Translations under genes and position numbers: made by a program
Assembly: GCF_001194135.2 (NCBI RefSeq)
Contig: NC_068987.1
Span: forward strand, 87,912,362-87,961,449
Source: Octopus bimaculoides
Taxonomy: Eukaryota
Reading direction: 5' to 3'
DNA length: 49,088 nt
Shown here: positions 49,022 through 49,088 of the stretch, in pieces
How positions within the stretch are numbered: position 1 is the stretch's first letter
Layout of the letters: each line of letters opens with the position of its first letter
Notes under the pieces: generated by a model
Database searches by the model: none
The model's input: only the letters and a program-made list of their open reading frames with translations
What the model was told of the DNA's origin: nothing

Positions 49022-49088
<67 letters not shown>

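Overview
AT-rich, gappy eukaryotic genomic DNA (14 N-gaps, mostly next to microsatellites). The repeat repertoire is what I recognise from octopod cephalopods, probably Octopus; this is an inference from memory, not a database result. The window lies inside one long minus-strand gene. I reconstructed 8 consecutive GT-AG exons with fully compatible phases (35557-35391, 28424-28332, 27391-27302, 26244-26176, 22040-21939, 18610-18436, 11695-11596, 2699-2579; 917 nt, about 305 aa). They encode the central part of a doublecortin-domain protein that is collinear with human DCDC1/DCDC5 as I remember it. Start and stop exons were not found. The introns are filled with SINE families, RTE LINE pieces, a CRE-like LINE C-terminus, a mariner remnant, Tigger- and hAT-type MITEs, micro- and minisatellites, and a Penelope-like element. 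Almost all ORFs in the supplied track are microsatellite, gap or repeat artefacts. The best hunt result is a minimal type I hammerhead ribozyme with an unusually long stem II at the 3' end of the Penelope-like element (39617-39704). Also notable: a second hammerhead-like relic, a SINE family that carries a ready-made 68-nt cryptic exon on the host gene strand, closely spaced inverted SINE pairs (candidate ADAR substrates), a 66-bp structured VNTR shared by an RTE LINE and its derivatives, and a recursive-splice-like AG|GT site. No prokaryote-type system such as CRISPR is supported.
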